In this document: positions 37,091 to 47,115 of the stretch, in pieces | Position numbering within the stretch: the first letter of the stretch is position 1 | Layout: every line of letters begins with the position of its first letter | Assembly (NCBI GenBank): GCA_963764195.1 | Contig: CAVXRG010000011.1 | Coordinates: forward strand, 47,353 to 111,352 | Length of the DNA stretch: 64,000 nt | Source: an uncultured Actinomycetota bacterium | GTDB lineage: Bacteria > Actinomycetota > Actinomycetes > Actinomycetales > Dermatophilaceae | Direction: 5' to 3' | Translations under genes and position numbers: made by a program | The notes under the pieces: model-generated | What the model was told of the DNA's origin: nothing | Databases searched by the model: none | The model's input: only the letters and a program-made list of their open reading frames with translations

Positions 37091-37480
37091 ATGGCGAGAC
37101 AGGGAGACGGTGCGGAGAGCGGTCGCGGGGGGCTCGAGGGCACGGCATGGGTCGTCGAGCACCTCGGGGGCGTCGCGACGACGGGTCGTGAGCCGCGGCT
37201 GGTCTTCGGTGACGACGGGCGGCTCAGCGGCTCCACGGGTGTCAACCGCGTGCTCGGGCAGTACGAGGTCGAGGACGGCGTGATCCGCTTCGGCGCGCTC
37301 GGCTCGACCCGGATGGCGGGGCCGCCGGAGGCCATGGCACAGGAGCGGGTGCTGCTCGACGTGCTCACCGGCGAGGTGCCTTTCGTCCTCGACGGCGACC
37401 GTCTCGTGCTCGTCCCGGGGACGGACTCCGCGCCGGCCGGGGCCGAGCTGCGGCGCGCGGACGATGCCGGGGCGGTGTGA
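37091..37480 (+). CDS. META domain protein (HslJ-like)
   Basis: ORF 36722..37480 trimmed to ATG at 37091. LVFGDDGRLSGSTGVNRVLGQYEVEDGVIRFGALGSTRMAG. Confidence 0.7.
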   Translation: MARQGDGAESGRGGLEGTAWVVEHLGGVATTGREPRLVFGDDGRLSGSTGVNRVLGQYEVEDGVIRFGALGSTRMAGPPEAMAQERVLLDVLTGEVPFVLDGDRLVLVPGTDSAPAGAELRRADDAGAV

Positions 37481-37483
37481 CCC

Positions 37484-37999
37484 GTGTCCAACCAGCCCTA
37501 CTGGGAGAGCCCGGTCGACCGGCAGATCCGCGAGGCGCAGGAGCGGGGCGACTTCGACGACCTGCCGGGGGCGGGCAAGCCGCTCGACCTCAGCGATGCC
37601 GACGACCCCGACTGGTGGCTCAAGCGATTCGCGGCCAGGGAGAACATCGACCTCGGCGGTGCCCTGCCCGGGGCGCTGGCGTTGCGCAAGGAGTCCGCGG
37701 GCTACCCCGAGAGCCTGGCTGACGTACGGCGTGAGGAGCACGTGCGTGAGATCCTCGCCGACTACAACCGCCGGGTGCTCGCCGACCGGCTGCGCCCGGC
37801 CGTCGGCCACCTGCCGCCGCTGCTGGCGCGGACCGTCGACCTCGACGAGATGGTCGTTGAGTGGCGGACGCTGCGGGAGGGCATTGCCAGGGAGGCCGCC
37901 GAGCGGGCACTCGCGGCGGCATCGGTCGAGCCGCCGGCGCTCGCTCGCCCGCACGGGTGGTGGCGTCGGTTGGGGCGCCGGCGGCGCGATGGGTCCTGA
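37484..37999 (+). CDS. DUF1992 (DnaJC28-like) protein
   Basis: 171-aa ORF. VDRQIREAQERGDFDDLPGAGKPLDL. Confidence 0.75.
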   Translation: MSNQPYWESPVDRQIREAQERGDFDDLPGAGKPLDLSDADDPDWWLKRFAARENIDLGGALPGALALRKESAGYPESLADVRREEHVREILADYNRRVLADRLRPAVGHLPPLLARTVDLDEMVVEWRTLREGIAREAAERALAAASVEPPALARPHGWWRRLGRRRRDGS

Positions 38000-38002
38000 G
38001 CG

Positions 38003-38800
38003 TCAGGGGAGGGCGCGTCGCTCGACGGCGTCGACGAGGTCGGCCACCGAGTCGACGATCGAGGTCGGGCGGTAGGGGAAGTGCTCGACCTGCTGGCGTG
38101 AGGTCGACCCGGTCAGCACGAGCACGGTCCGCAGTCCGGCCTCGAGCCCGGAGATGACGTCGGTGTCCATCCGGTCGCCGACCATGACGGTCGTCTCCGA
38201 GTGGGCGTCGAGGCGGTTGAGGGCGCTGCGCATCATCAGGGCGTTCGGCTTGCCGACGTAGTACGGGGCTCGGCCGGTCGCCGTGCTGATGAGCGCGGCG
38301 ACGGAGCCGGTGGCCGGGAGGGTGCCGTAGGGGCTCGGTCCGCTCGGGTCGGGGTTGGTCGCGATGAAGCGGGCGCCCTTCTCGATGAGGCGGATCGCCC
38401 GGGTGATGGACTCGAAGGAGTAGGTGCGGGTCTCCCCGAGCACGACGTAGTCCGGGTCCCGGTCGGTCATCACGAAGCCGACGTCGTGCATCGCCGTCGT
38501 GAGGCCGGCCTCGCCGACGACGTAGGCCGTGCCGCCGGGGCGCTGGTCGGCGAGGAAGTTCGCCGTGGCCAGGGCCGAGGTCCAGATCGCCTCCTCCGGC
38601 ACGTCGATCCCGCTGGAGCGCAGGCGGGCCCGCAGGTCGCGCGGCGTGAAGATCGAGTTGTTGGTCAGGACGAGGAAGCGGCGACCCGACTCACAGAGGG
38701 CGGTGATGAAGTCGGCGGCTCCGGGGATGGCGTCGTCCTCGTGGACGAGGACCCCGTCCATGTCGGTCAGCCACGTCTCGATCGGTCGGTGCTCCGTCAT
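38003..38800 (-). CDS. HAD-IIA family hydrolase (NagD-like)
   Basis: ORF 38003..38968 trimmed to ATG at 38800. WLTDMDGVLVHED, LVLTNNS and MVGDRMDTDV. Confidence 0.85.
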   Translation of the reverse strand: MTEHRPIETWLTDMDGVLVHEDDAIPGAADFITALCESGRRFLVLTNNSIFTPRDLRARLRSSGIDVPEEAIWTSALATANFLADQRPGGTAYVVGEAGLTTAMHDVGFVMTDRDPDYVVLGETRTYSFESITRAIRLIEKGARFIATNPDPSGPSPYGTLPATGSVAALISTATGRAPYYVGKPNALMMRSALNRLDAHSETTVMVGDRMDTDVISGLEAGLRTVLVLTGSTSRQQVEHFPYRPTSIVDSVADLVDAVERRALP

Positions 38801-38969
38801 GGGCCCATCGTGCCAGTCGGCCACAGGCCGGGCGAGGAGGTCGGGCCTCCCCCGAGATCCGGTGGCGCCGGCTGTCGATCGGGGGCAGGCTCGATCGTGT
38901 AGCAGGTGGAGGGCGCACGTCGGGTGCACCCCTGACCCGCCGGACACCTGCCGGCAGGAGGACACCACG

Positions 38970-39350
38970 ATGAAGACCTACCTCGTCAGCCTCTTCTCAC
39001 CCGCCGGTCCGCCCCCGGCCGACCTCGACCTCACGACGGTGATGGCCGACCTCGAGCTCGTCAACGCCGACATCCGGGCCGCCGGCGGGTGGGTCTTCGC
39101 TGGCGGCCTCGCCGACCAGGGCAGCGCCACCGTCATCCGCAAGAGCGGCCCGGTGGCCGACGCCGTGCTCACCGACGGGCCGTTCATCGAGGCCAAGGAG
39201 CACCTCGGCGGCATCAGCATCGTCCGCTCCGACGACTACGACGTGGTGCTCGGCTGGGCCGAGCGGATCGCCGCGGCCACCGGGCTCCCGGTCGAGGTGC
39301 GCCCCTTCCAGGACGAGGGCGAGCCCGGCCAGTCACCGACCGCGGGATGA
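38970..39350 (+). CDS. YCII-related (DGPF) domain protein
   Basis: ORF 38529..39350 trimmed to ATG at 38970 with a GGAGG Shine-Dalgarno. VLTDGPFIEAKEHLGGISIV. Confidence 0.8.
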   Translation: MKTYLVSLFSPAGPPPADLDLTTVMADLELVNADIRAAGGWVFAGGLADQGSATVIRKSGPVADAVLTDGPFIEAKEHLGGISIVRSDDYDVVLGWAERIAAATGLPVEVRPFQDEGEPGQSPTAG

Positions 39351-39354
39351 CGGT

Positions 39355-40581
39355 GTGACGGTCACGTCCGCCGACATCGCGCGGGTCTTCCGGGTCGAGC
39401 ACGGGCGCGCGGTGGCGGTGCTCATCCGGGCGCTCGGCGACATCGACCTCGCCGAGGACGCCGTGCAGGACGCCTTCGCCATCGCGGTCGAACGCTGGCC
39501 GAGAGACGGTATGCCGCCGAGCCCGGCGGGCTGGATCATCACGACCGCACGTCGCCGGGCCATCGACCGGCTCCGTCGGGAGTCCACCCGGGACGAGCGG
39601 CATGCCGAGGCGTCCCGCCTCAGCGCACCGGACGAGCCACGAGAGGAGGGGCCCGTGCGCGACGAACGACTGCGGCTCGTCTTCACCTGCTGCCACCCCG
39701 CGCTCTCGCGCGAGGCGCAGGTCGCACTGACCCTGCGCCTGCTCGGGGGTCTCTCGACCCCCGAGATCGCCAGGGCCTTCCTCGTCCCGGAGTCGACGAT
39801 GGCCCAGCGGATCGTCCGCGCCAAGAGGAAGATCCGCGATGCGGGCATCCCCTACCGCGTCCCGCGCGAGGCCGACCTACCTGCTCGGCTGGCCTCGGTG
39901 CTGACCGTCGTCTACCTCGTCTTCACCGAGGGCCACACCGCCTCGTCCGGACCGGACCTCGGCCGCCCCGACCTCGCGGCCGAGGCGATCCGGCTCGGCC
40001 GTTCGCTCGCCGAGCTGATGCCCGGCGAGCCCGAGGTCGCCGGCCTGCTGGCCCTGATGCTGCTCAGCGAGGCGCGCCGCCCCGCCCGGACCGACGCCGC
40101 GGGCGCCCCCGTGCTGCTCGCCGACCAGGACCGGTCGCGCTGGGATCCCGACATGGTTGCCGAGGGCCACCGGATCGTCCGGGCGTGCCTGCGTCGGGGG
40201 TCGCCCGGACCCTTCCAGGTGCAGGCGGCCATCCACGCGGTGCACACCGATGCGCGGTCGGCGGACGACACGGACTGGGGCCAGGTCGTGGCGCTCTACG
40301 ACCAGCTCCTCTCCCTCGCCCCCACCGACGTCGTGCGGCTCAACCGGGCCGTGGCCGTGGCCGAGCTGGCTGGCCCGGCCGAGGGCCTCCGGCTCGTCAG
40401 CGGCCTTGCGCTCGAGACCTACCCCGCCCTGCACGCGGTCCGCGCCGAGCTGATGGCGCGCCTGGGCCGGACGGACGAGGCAGCGCAGGAGTGGCTCGTC
40501 GCGGCCGACCTCAGCGGCAACGAGCAGGAGGCGACCCACCTGAGGAAGCGGGCGGCGGCGGTCCTGCGGCGTCCGTTGTGA
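39355..40581 (+). CDS. ECF-type RNA polymerase sigma factor with long C-terminal extension (YCII-associated type)
   Basis: 408-aa ORF with a GTG start. Region 2 is DAVQDAFAIAVERWPRDG.P..P.GW. Region 4 is LTLRLLGGLSTPEIARAFLVPESTMAQRIVRAKRKI. Confidence 0.85.
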   Translation: MTVTSADIARVFRVEHGRAVAVLIRALGDIDLAEDAVQDAFAIAVERWPRDGMPPSPAGWIITTARRRAIDRLRRESTRDERHAEASRLSAPDEPREEGPVRDERLRLVFTCCHPALSREAQVALTLRLLGGLSTPEIARAFLVPESTMAQRIVRAKRKIRDAGIPYRVPREADLPARLASVLTVVYLVFTEGHTASSGPDLGRPDLAAEAIRLGRSLAELMPGEPEVAGLLALMLLSEARRPARTDAAGAPVLLADQDRSRWDPDMVAEGHRIVRACLRRGSPGPFQVQAAIHAVHTDARSADDTDWGQVVALYDQLLSLAPTDVVRLNRAVAVAELAGPAEGLRLVSGLALETYPALHAVRAELMARLGRTDEAAQEWLVAADLSGNEQEATHLRKRAAAVLRRPL

Positions 40582-40601
40582 CCGGGCGGTAACGTGCGGC
40601 C

Positions 40602-41561
40602 ATGACGTCATCCAGCTCGGTCGCCTCCGACGCGGCCCCCCTCGACCTCGCGTCCCCGTGGGGCGGGCACAGCCGCACCGCCGACCTCGGGGGCCCGGTC
40701 CACTGGGTCGACTTCGGCGGACCGGAGTCTCCGGGAGGGGAGGGTCTGGCGCCGGTCGTCCTCGTCCACGGCCTCGGTGGCTCGCACCTCAACTGGCTCC
40801 AGACGGGCCCGCAGCTCGCCCGGACGCGCCGGGTCGTCGCGCTCGACCTCGCCGGATTCGGGCTCACCCCCGCCGACGGCCGCTCCACCTCGGTGCAGGC
40901 GAACGCCGACCTGCTCGCCCGCTTCGTCGAGGAGGTCGTCGGCGGGCCGGTGGTCCTCGTCGGGAACTCGATGGGCGGGATGATCTCGCTCCTGCTCGCC
41001 GCCGAGCGACCGGACCTCGTCGCCGGCCTCGCCCTGGTCGACCCGTCACTGCCGAGCACCGGCCACCGCCCGGACCGGTCGGTCACGGTCGCCTTCGCCG
41101 CCTACGCCATCCCGTTCGTCGGGGAGCGCTTCATCACCCGCAGCAACCGCCGCTACACCGAGCGCGAGCGCGTCCAGCGCACGATCGATCTCTGCTTCGC
41201 CGACCCGAGCCGCTCGGACCCCGGCGTCTTCGACGCGAGCGTCACGCTGACCGCATACCGCTCGACCCTGCCGGGGCTGGAGAGCGCCTACCTCGACGCG
41301 GCCCGGTCGCTCCTCGGCGTCCTCCGCGCCAGCCGTCGGTATGCCGCCCAGATCCTCTCGATCGAGGCCCCCGTCCTGCTCGTGCACGGCGACCAGGACC
41401 GCCTCGTGCCCGTCGAGTCCGCCCGACGTGCCGCCCAGGCCAACCCGGCCTGGACGTCGGTCTTCCTCCCCGGGGTCGGCCACACGCCGCAGCTCGAGGT
41501 GCCGGACGTCGTGCTCGAGCATCTCGAGCCGTGGCTCGACGGCGTGACGCCGAGCGCGTAG
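40602..41561 (+). CDS. Alpha/beta hydrolase
   Basis: 319-aa ORF. VVLVHGLGGSHLNW, GNSMGG and HGDQDRLVP..GH. Confidence 0.85.
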   Translation: MTSSSSVASDAAPLDLASPWGGHSRTADLGGPVHWVDFGGPESPGGEGLAPVVLVHGLGGSHLNWLQTGPQLARTRRVVALDLAGFGLTPADGRSTSVQANADLLARFVEEVVGGPVVLVGNSMGGMISLLLAAERPDLVAGLALVDPSLPSTGHRPDRSVTVAFAAYAIPFVGERFITRSNRRYTERERVQRTIDLCFADPSRSDPGVFDASVTLTAYRSTLPGLESAYLDAARSLLGVLRASRRYAAQILSIEAPVLLVHGDQDRLVPVESARRAAQANPAWTSVFLPGVGHTPQLEVPDVVLEHLEPWLDGVTPSA

Positions 41562-41570
41562 CCGTGGTCG

Positions 41571-41786
41571 TCAGCGGCGGCCGTACTTCTTGTGGACCGC
41601 TTGCCGGCTGACGCCGAGCTGGGTGGCGATCTCGGCCCACGCCATCCCGCCGTTGCGGGCGCGGCGCACGACGGCGGCCTCGGTCCGGTCGGCCGCCCGG
41701 CGCAGCTCGCGCGCGGCCGCGAGCGCCTGCCTCGGGTCCTCGTCGCCGGTCGCCTGCGCGATCCTCAGCACCTCGTCCACCTCCAT
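41571..41786 (-). CDS. Small helix-turn-helix protein
   Basis: ORF 41571..41834. The start is moved to ATG 41786 because the predicted promoter -10 overlaps the GTG at 41834. GMAWAEIATQLGVSRQAVHKKYG is an HTH. Confidence 0.55.
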   Translation of the reverse strand: MEVDEVLRIAQATGDEDPRQALAAARELRRAADRTEAAVVRRARNGGMAWAEIATQLGVSRQAVHKKYGRR

Positions 41787-41830
41787 CGGTCGTCCACCGT
41801 CCGCCCCGTCGCTCGCGTCAACTCCAGTTG

Positions 41831-41859
41831 ACACTAGGCCGAGGTGCGGGAGGTGTCAA
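41831..41859 (-). promoter_or_regulatory. Near-consensus sigma-70-type promoter TTGACA-17 nt-TAGTGT for the small HTH gene
   Basis: On the minus strand: TTGACA is the complement of 41854-41859 and TAGTGT is the complement of 41831-41836, with a 17-nt spacer. It is part of the inverted repeat GTTGACAC (41827-41834) / GTGTCAAC (41853-41860). A third GTTGACA lies at 41865-41871. Confidence 0.4.
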
Positions 41860-41906
41860 CGGTGGTTGACAAGCCAGAGGGGTGGTCGCCGCCGCCGGGC
41901 CGGACG

Positions 41907-42317
41907 ATGATGTCGCCCATGGCGCTCTCGCTCTCGCACACCACCGTCAATGCCCTCGACGCCCACGCGCAGTCGGTCTGGTGGGCCGACCTGCTCGGCT
42001 ACCACGAGGACGCGGCAGACCCGAACCTCCCCGGCCACGAGGAGTGCCTCATCCTCTCGCCCGACGAGTCCCACCGGCTGCTCTTCATCGAGGTGGCGGA
42101 CGTGAAGCAGGGTCGCAACCGGATCCATCTCGACCTGCGACCCGTCGGCGCGACCCGTGACGAGGAGCACGAGCGCGTCCTCGGGCTCGGGGCGAGCGAC
42201 GTCGAGGACTGCCGCACGGCGGGCGGTCGGGGCTGGTGGGTGATGGCCGATCCCGAGGGCAACGAGTTCTGCATCCTGCGCAGCGACGCCGAGCGCCGGG
42301 CCGCCGGCGACCTCTGA
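41907..42317 (+). CDS. VOC/glyoxalase-family protein
   Basis: ORF 41844..42317; the start is probably ATG 41907, 41910 or 41919. RIHLDLRP...GWWVMADPEGNEFCIL. Confidence 0.7.
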   Translation: MMSPMALSLSHTTVNALDAHAQSVWWADLLGYHEDAADPNLPGHEECLILSPDESHRLLFIEVADVKQGRNRIHLDLRPVGATRDEEHERVLGLGASDVEDCRTAGGRGWWVMADPEGNEFCILRSDAERRAAGDL

Positions 42318-42372
42318 CGCGCTCGGAGCATGATGGGGTCAGGACCATCGACCTCGAGGAAGGCTGCCACCC

Positions 42373-42986
42373 ATGGACGCGCACGACTGGGACGAGAGGT
42401 ATGCCGCCCACGACCTCGTGTGGTCGGCGACGCCCAACCGCTTCGTCGAGGAGCTGATCGGGCCGCTGCCGGCCGGGGCGGCGATCGACATCGCCGCGGG
42501 TGAGGGTCGCAACGCGATCTGGCTCGCCGGGCGTGGCTGGACCGTGACCGGCTGCGACTACTCGCCGGTCGCCGTCGACCGGATGCGCGAGCTGGCGGCC
42601 CAGGCGCTCGGTGACGACGTGGCCCGACTGACCCCGGTCGTCGCCGACGCCACCGCGGCGCTGCCCGGGGGCACGGCGGCATACGACGTGGCGCTCTTCT
42701 CCTACCTCCAGCTGCCCGATGCCGAGATGCGTGCGGCTCTGCGGCACGCGGTGGACGCGGTGCGCGAGGGGGGTCAGGTCGTCGTCATCGGTCACGCGGG
42801 GCGCAATCTCACTGAAGGGCAAGGGGGTCCGAGCGACCGGGCCGTGCTCTACGACCCTGACGAGGTGCTCGAGCGGGTGGCCGGACTGCCCGTGGAGGTC
42901 GTCTCGTCGGAGATCCGCACCCGGCCGGTCGACACCCCGGAGGGGACGCGCGACGCCCTCGACACGGTCGTCGTGCTGCGCCGGAC

Positions 42987-42990
<4 letters not shown>
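42373..42990 (+). CDS. Class I SAM-dependent methyltransferase
   Basis: 205-aa ORF. Motif I is [28 protein letters not shown]. Confidence 0.8.
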
Positions 42991-43656
<666 letters not shown>

Positions 43657-43719
43657 GACCGGTCGACCTCTGGACGCCCGGCCCGCACCGCGGGAGCATG
43701 GGCGGGGACGGAGGTCGCG

Positions 43720-44232
43720 ATGAACGAGCAGCCGCGCAGCGTGTCGAGCACGGACCCGCCGCTGCCCTCCGGTGCAGACGAGGCGGCCGATCTCGCTGTC
43801 CACCTCGCCCGGGTGCGCGCGCACCGGGCGGAGCTCGGCGAGTCACTGAGGGCGGTCGACGACGCGCTCGCCGCCGCGGCCGCGCAGGATTCCGCGTGGC
43901 CCGAGCGGGTCGCCGCCGCGCTCGCAGAGCTGGCCCACGACCTGCGCGACCACGTCGAGATCACCGAGGGGGAGCGGGGCCTCTACGCCCGGATGCGCCA
44001 CACCGCGCCGCGCCTCGCCACGCCGATCGACCGACTGCACAGCGAGCACCCCCGCCACCGGGAGCAGGTCGAGCGGCTGCTCGCGGGCCTCGAGCGAGAC
44101 GGCGCCGCAGCCGACCTCGCGACGGTCCGGGCCGAGGTGGGGGCCCTGACCGCTGCGCTGCGTGCGCACCGTCAGCGCGGCCGCGACCTCGTGCACGAGG
44201 CCTACGACATCGACCTCGGCGGCTCCGGCTGA
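43720..44232 (+). CDS. Hypothetical helical protein, possibly hemerythrin/HHE-like
   Basis: 170-aa ORF. LAHDLRDHVEITEGE...IDRLHSEHPRHREQVERLL resembles H..E / H...H..E cation-binding spacing. The call is weak. Confidence 0.45.
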   Translation: MNEQPRSVSSTDPPLPSGADEAADLAVHLARVRAHRAELGESLRAVDDALAAAAAQDSAWPERVAAALAELAHDLRDHVEITEGERGLYARMRHTAPRLATPIDRLHSEHPRHREQVERLLAGLERDGAAADLATVRAEVGALTAALRAHRQRGRDLVHEAYDIDLGGSG

Positions 44233-44254
44233 GCCGGCCCCGCGGCATACCTCC

Positions 44255-44337
44255 TTTTCGTCGCCCGGGCTACCAAACGTGCGGGCCGTAGGCCGGTTGG
44301 GCGCGGTTTTCGTCGCCCGGGCTACCAAAGGTGCGGG
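44255..44337. repeat. 31-bp direct repeat (30/31 identical), period 52 bp, abutting the 3' end of the CFA-synthase-like gene
   Basis: TTTTCGTCGCCCGGGCTACCAAACGTGCGGG (44255-44285) versus TTTTCGTCGCCCGGGCTACCAAAGGTGCGGG (44307-44337). Weaker similarity continues to about 44295 and 44346. Confidence 0.65.
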
Positions 44338-44338
44338 G

Positions 44339-45619
44339 TCAGGCGGGCGGCTCGAACCTCGGTCGCAGCGCGAAACCGGCGACGCCCCCGGCGCTCGTGC
44401 GCGACGCGAGCACCTGGTGCAGCTGGATCTCGTTGCGCTCGAAGCCGACCCGTGATCCCGCGAGGTAGAGGCCCCACACCCGCGCCGTCGACAGACCGGC
44501 CAGCTCGACGCACTCGTCCCAGTTCTTCGCGAGGTTCTCGCTCCACGCCGCGCAGGTGCGGGCGTAGTGCTCACGGAGGTTCTCCTGGTGGCGGACCTCG
44601 AAGCCCTCGTCCTCCATCACCCGGACGATGTGGCCCGACCCGGTCAGCTCGCCGTCGGGGAAGACGTAGCGGTTGATGAAGCCTCGCGGCGGCAGACCGG
44701 GGTGCTGGTTGTCGGGCCGGGTGATGCAGTGGTTGAGCAGCCGGCCCTCGTCGCGCAGCCGCTCGCGCAGGAAGCGGAAGTAGGCGGGGTAGTTCTTCAC
44801 GCCGATGTGCTCGGTCAGGCCGATCGAGCTGACCGCGTCGAAGCCCCGCTCGGTGACGTCGCGGTAGTCCATGTGCCGCACCTCGGCGCGGTCGGCGATG
44901 CCGTCGGCCTCGATCGCGGCCCGCGCCCAGCTCGACTGCTCCCGCGAGAGGGTGACGCCGAGCGCCGTGACGCCGTAGTGCTTGACGGCGTGCCGCACCA
45001 TGCCGCCCCACCCGCAGCCCACGTCGAGCAGCCGCATCCCCGGCTGGAGTCCGAGCTTGCGGGCGACGAGGTCGTACTTGTTTGCCTGGGCCTGCTCGAG
45101 CGAGGCCGTCTCGTGCGGGTAGCACGCACACGTGTAGGTCATCGACGGGCCGAGCACGAGCTCGTAGAAGGCGTTGGACACGTCGTAGTGGTGGTGGATC
45201 GCCTCCGCGTCGCGCGCCTTGGCGTGCCGGGCGCCCCGGGCGAGACGGCGCAGCGTCCCCGGGGTCTCCTGCCGCGGGAGCTCGGGCACGTGCAGGCCGG
45301 CGCGACCGATGAACCCGGCGAGGTCTCGCACGTCGCGAGGTCCGGGCCGTCGGGGTGCGAGCCCGCCGTCGAGCAGCCGCAGCACCTCGTAGGGGTCGCC
45401 CTCGTCCATCCCGTCGATGGTGAGGTCGCCCTGGAGGTAGGCCCGGGCCATGCCGAGGGTGCCGGGGGCGGTCAGCAGGTAGTTGAGCGCTCGCTCGTTC
45501 GCCAGCCGCAGGACGATCCCGTCGGGGCTGCCGCCCGTCGAGCCGTCCCACGCCTCGACGCGGAAGGGTGCGTCGGTGCCGAAGACCCGTTCGAAGGCCT
45601 CTCCAACCGTGAGCGTCAT
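44339..45619 (-). CDS. Cyclopropane-fatty-acyl-phospholipid-synthase-family SAM methyltransferase (BfaB-like)
   Basis: 426-aa ORF. SAM motif LLDVGCGWGGMVRHA. The family-typical YDVSNAFYELVLGPSMTYTCAY is present. Confidence 0.85.
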   Translation of the reverse strand: MTLTVGEAFERVFGTDAPFRVEAWDGSTGGSPDGIVLRLANERALNYLLTAPGTLGMARAYLQGDLTIDGMDEGDPYEVLRLLDGGLAPRRPGPRDVRDLAGFIGRAGLHVPELPRQETPGTLRRLARGARHAKARDAEAIHHHYDVSNAFYELVLGPSMTYTCACYPHETASLEQAQANKYDLVARKLGLQPGMRLLDVGCGWGGMVRHAVKHYGVTALGVTLSREQSSWARAAIEADGIADRAEVRHMDYRDVTERGFDAVSSIGLTEHIGVKNYPAYFRFLRERLRDEGRLLNHCITRPDNQHPGLPPRGFINRYVFPDGELTGSGHIVRVMEDEGFEVRHQENLREHYARTCAAWSENLAKNWDECVELAGLSTARVWGLYLAGSRVGFERNEIQLHQVLASRTSAGGVAGFALRPRFEPPA

Positions 45620-47115
45620 CGTGCCTGCACCGCCTTCTGATAGAGCGTCGCGAACCGCCCGTCCGGGTCGTATCGCGTCTTGACCGGTTCGTAGGCCGCG
45701 CCCCCGTAGAGCGTGGCGAAGGTCGCCTCGTCGTAGTAGGCGTCGGAGTAGAGGCTCTTGTGACCGCCGAGCCGGGTCACCTCGGCCTCGATGGCCCGGT
45801 TGACGTCACCGTCCCGTGCACCGGGCGCGATCGCCACCGTGGACCAGAAGCCGACGTTGACGTAGCGCTCGGCCGGGCGCAGTGGATAGAGCGGCCACGG
45901 CGGACCCTCGTCGTGGGGTGCGTCACGACCCATCGGTATGCCGCTGTGCTCGCGGAGCTGGAGGGGGCACAACCAGATCGGCTCGATCGGGATCTCGCGC
46001 AGGAACCACCGGACGAAGTCGGCGGTCTGCTCGAGCGGGATCTCCACGTCCTGCACGACGCGCTCGCGGGCCGGTCGGCGGCGCACGCGGTCGAGGGCGG
46101 CCATCACGCCGTGCCGGTTCTCGAAGGCGACGATCCGCCAGTAGACGTCGCTGCGCAGCAGGTGCCGGGGCCAGAGGCGGCGCACCACCGGGTGCTGCGC
46201 GCCGAACGCCCGCGAGCACCAGAACCAGTCGGTGTCCCACCGCCACAGGTAGTCCCGGGCGGTGAGGACGTCACGGCGTCGGTGCTGGATCGAGCGGTAG
46301 TAGACGGATCGGCCCGTGTAGTCGCTGGGGTGCCCCTGCCCCTCGGTGCCCTCGCTGCCCTCGATCCGGTCGGTCCAACGGGCCAGCGTCAGGTAGCTCT
46401 CGTGCGTGCCGAAGACGACTCCGTCGACGAAGTCCACCTGCTCGCCTTCCCAGGCTCGCTCGGACATGACTTCGTCGACGGCGGCGACGAGCGCATCGAT
46501 CTCGGCGAAACGCACGTGGCGCAGGGTGACCCAGGGCGCGGCCGGCTCGAGCTCGATGACGAGGTCAAGCGCGTAGCCGAGCGAGCCGTAGGAGTTGGGG
46601 AAGGTGCGGAACAGCTCCGCGTGCTCGCCGTCCGGGGTCGCGGTGACGACCTCGCCGGTGCCGGTGAGGATCCGCATCTCGAGCACCGACTCGTGTGGGA
46701 GACCGTTGCGGAAGGACGATGCCTCGATGCCGAGGCCGGTCACGGCTCCGCCGATGGTGATCGTCTTGAGCTGGGGGACGACGAGGGGCACGAAACCGTG
46801 GGGGAGGAGCAGGTCGACGAGCTCCTCGTAGGTCGTCATCCCGCCGACCCGAGCGGTCCGGGCGTCGGGGTCGATCTCGATGAGGCCCCGGAACGCCGAC
46901 ACGTCGAGCCCGGCCCCGATCCCGGGGCGGACCCGGAAGAGGTTGGAGGTCGCCTTGGCCAGGCGGACCCGCTGCCCCGGGGGGAGAGCGGCATACTGCG
47001 CCGTGACCTGGCGGATCGCCTCGGCGTGTGCGGCACCGACCGAGAGGCGATCGTGCGGGTCGCCCCCGGTGACGGAGGACGCGGGACGCGCACGGGCGCC
47101 CGATGCGAAGAGCAC
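45616..47115 (-). CDS. FAD-binding oxidoreductase (FAD_binding_4 type; BfaA-like)
   Basis: 499-aa ORF. VGGMTTYEELVDLLLPHGFVPLVVPQLKTITIGGAVTGLGIEASSFRNGLPHE. The stop overlaps the methyltransferase start (ATGA). Confidence 0.8.
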   Translation of the reverse strand: MLFASGARARPASSVTGGDPHDRLSVGAAHAEAIRQVTAQYAALPPGQRVRLAKATSNLFRVRPGIGAGLDVSAFRGLIEIDPDARTARVGGMTTYEELVDLLLPHGFVPLVVPQLKTITIGGAVTGLGIEASSFRNGLPHESVLEMRILTGTGEVVTATPDGEHAELFRTFPNSYGSLGYALDLVIELEPAAPWVTLRHVRFAEIDALVAAVDEVMSERAWEGEQVDFVDGVVFGTHESYLTLARWTDRIEGSEGTEGQGHPSDYTGRSVYYRSIQHRRRDVLTARDYLWRWDTDWFWCSRAFGAQHPVVRRLWPRHLLRSDVYWRIVAFENRHGVMAALDRVRRRPARERVVQDVEIPLEQTADFVRWFLREIPIEPIWLCPLQLREHSGIPMGRDAPHDEGPPWPLYPLRPAERYVNVGFWSTVAIAPGARDGDVNRAIEAEVTRLGGHKSLYSDAYYDEATFATLYGGAAYEPVKTRYDPDGRFATLYQKAVQAR

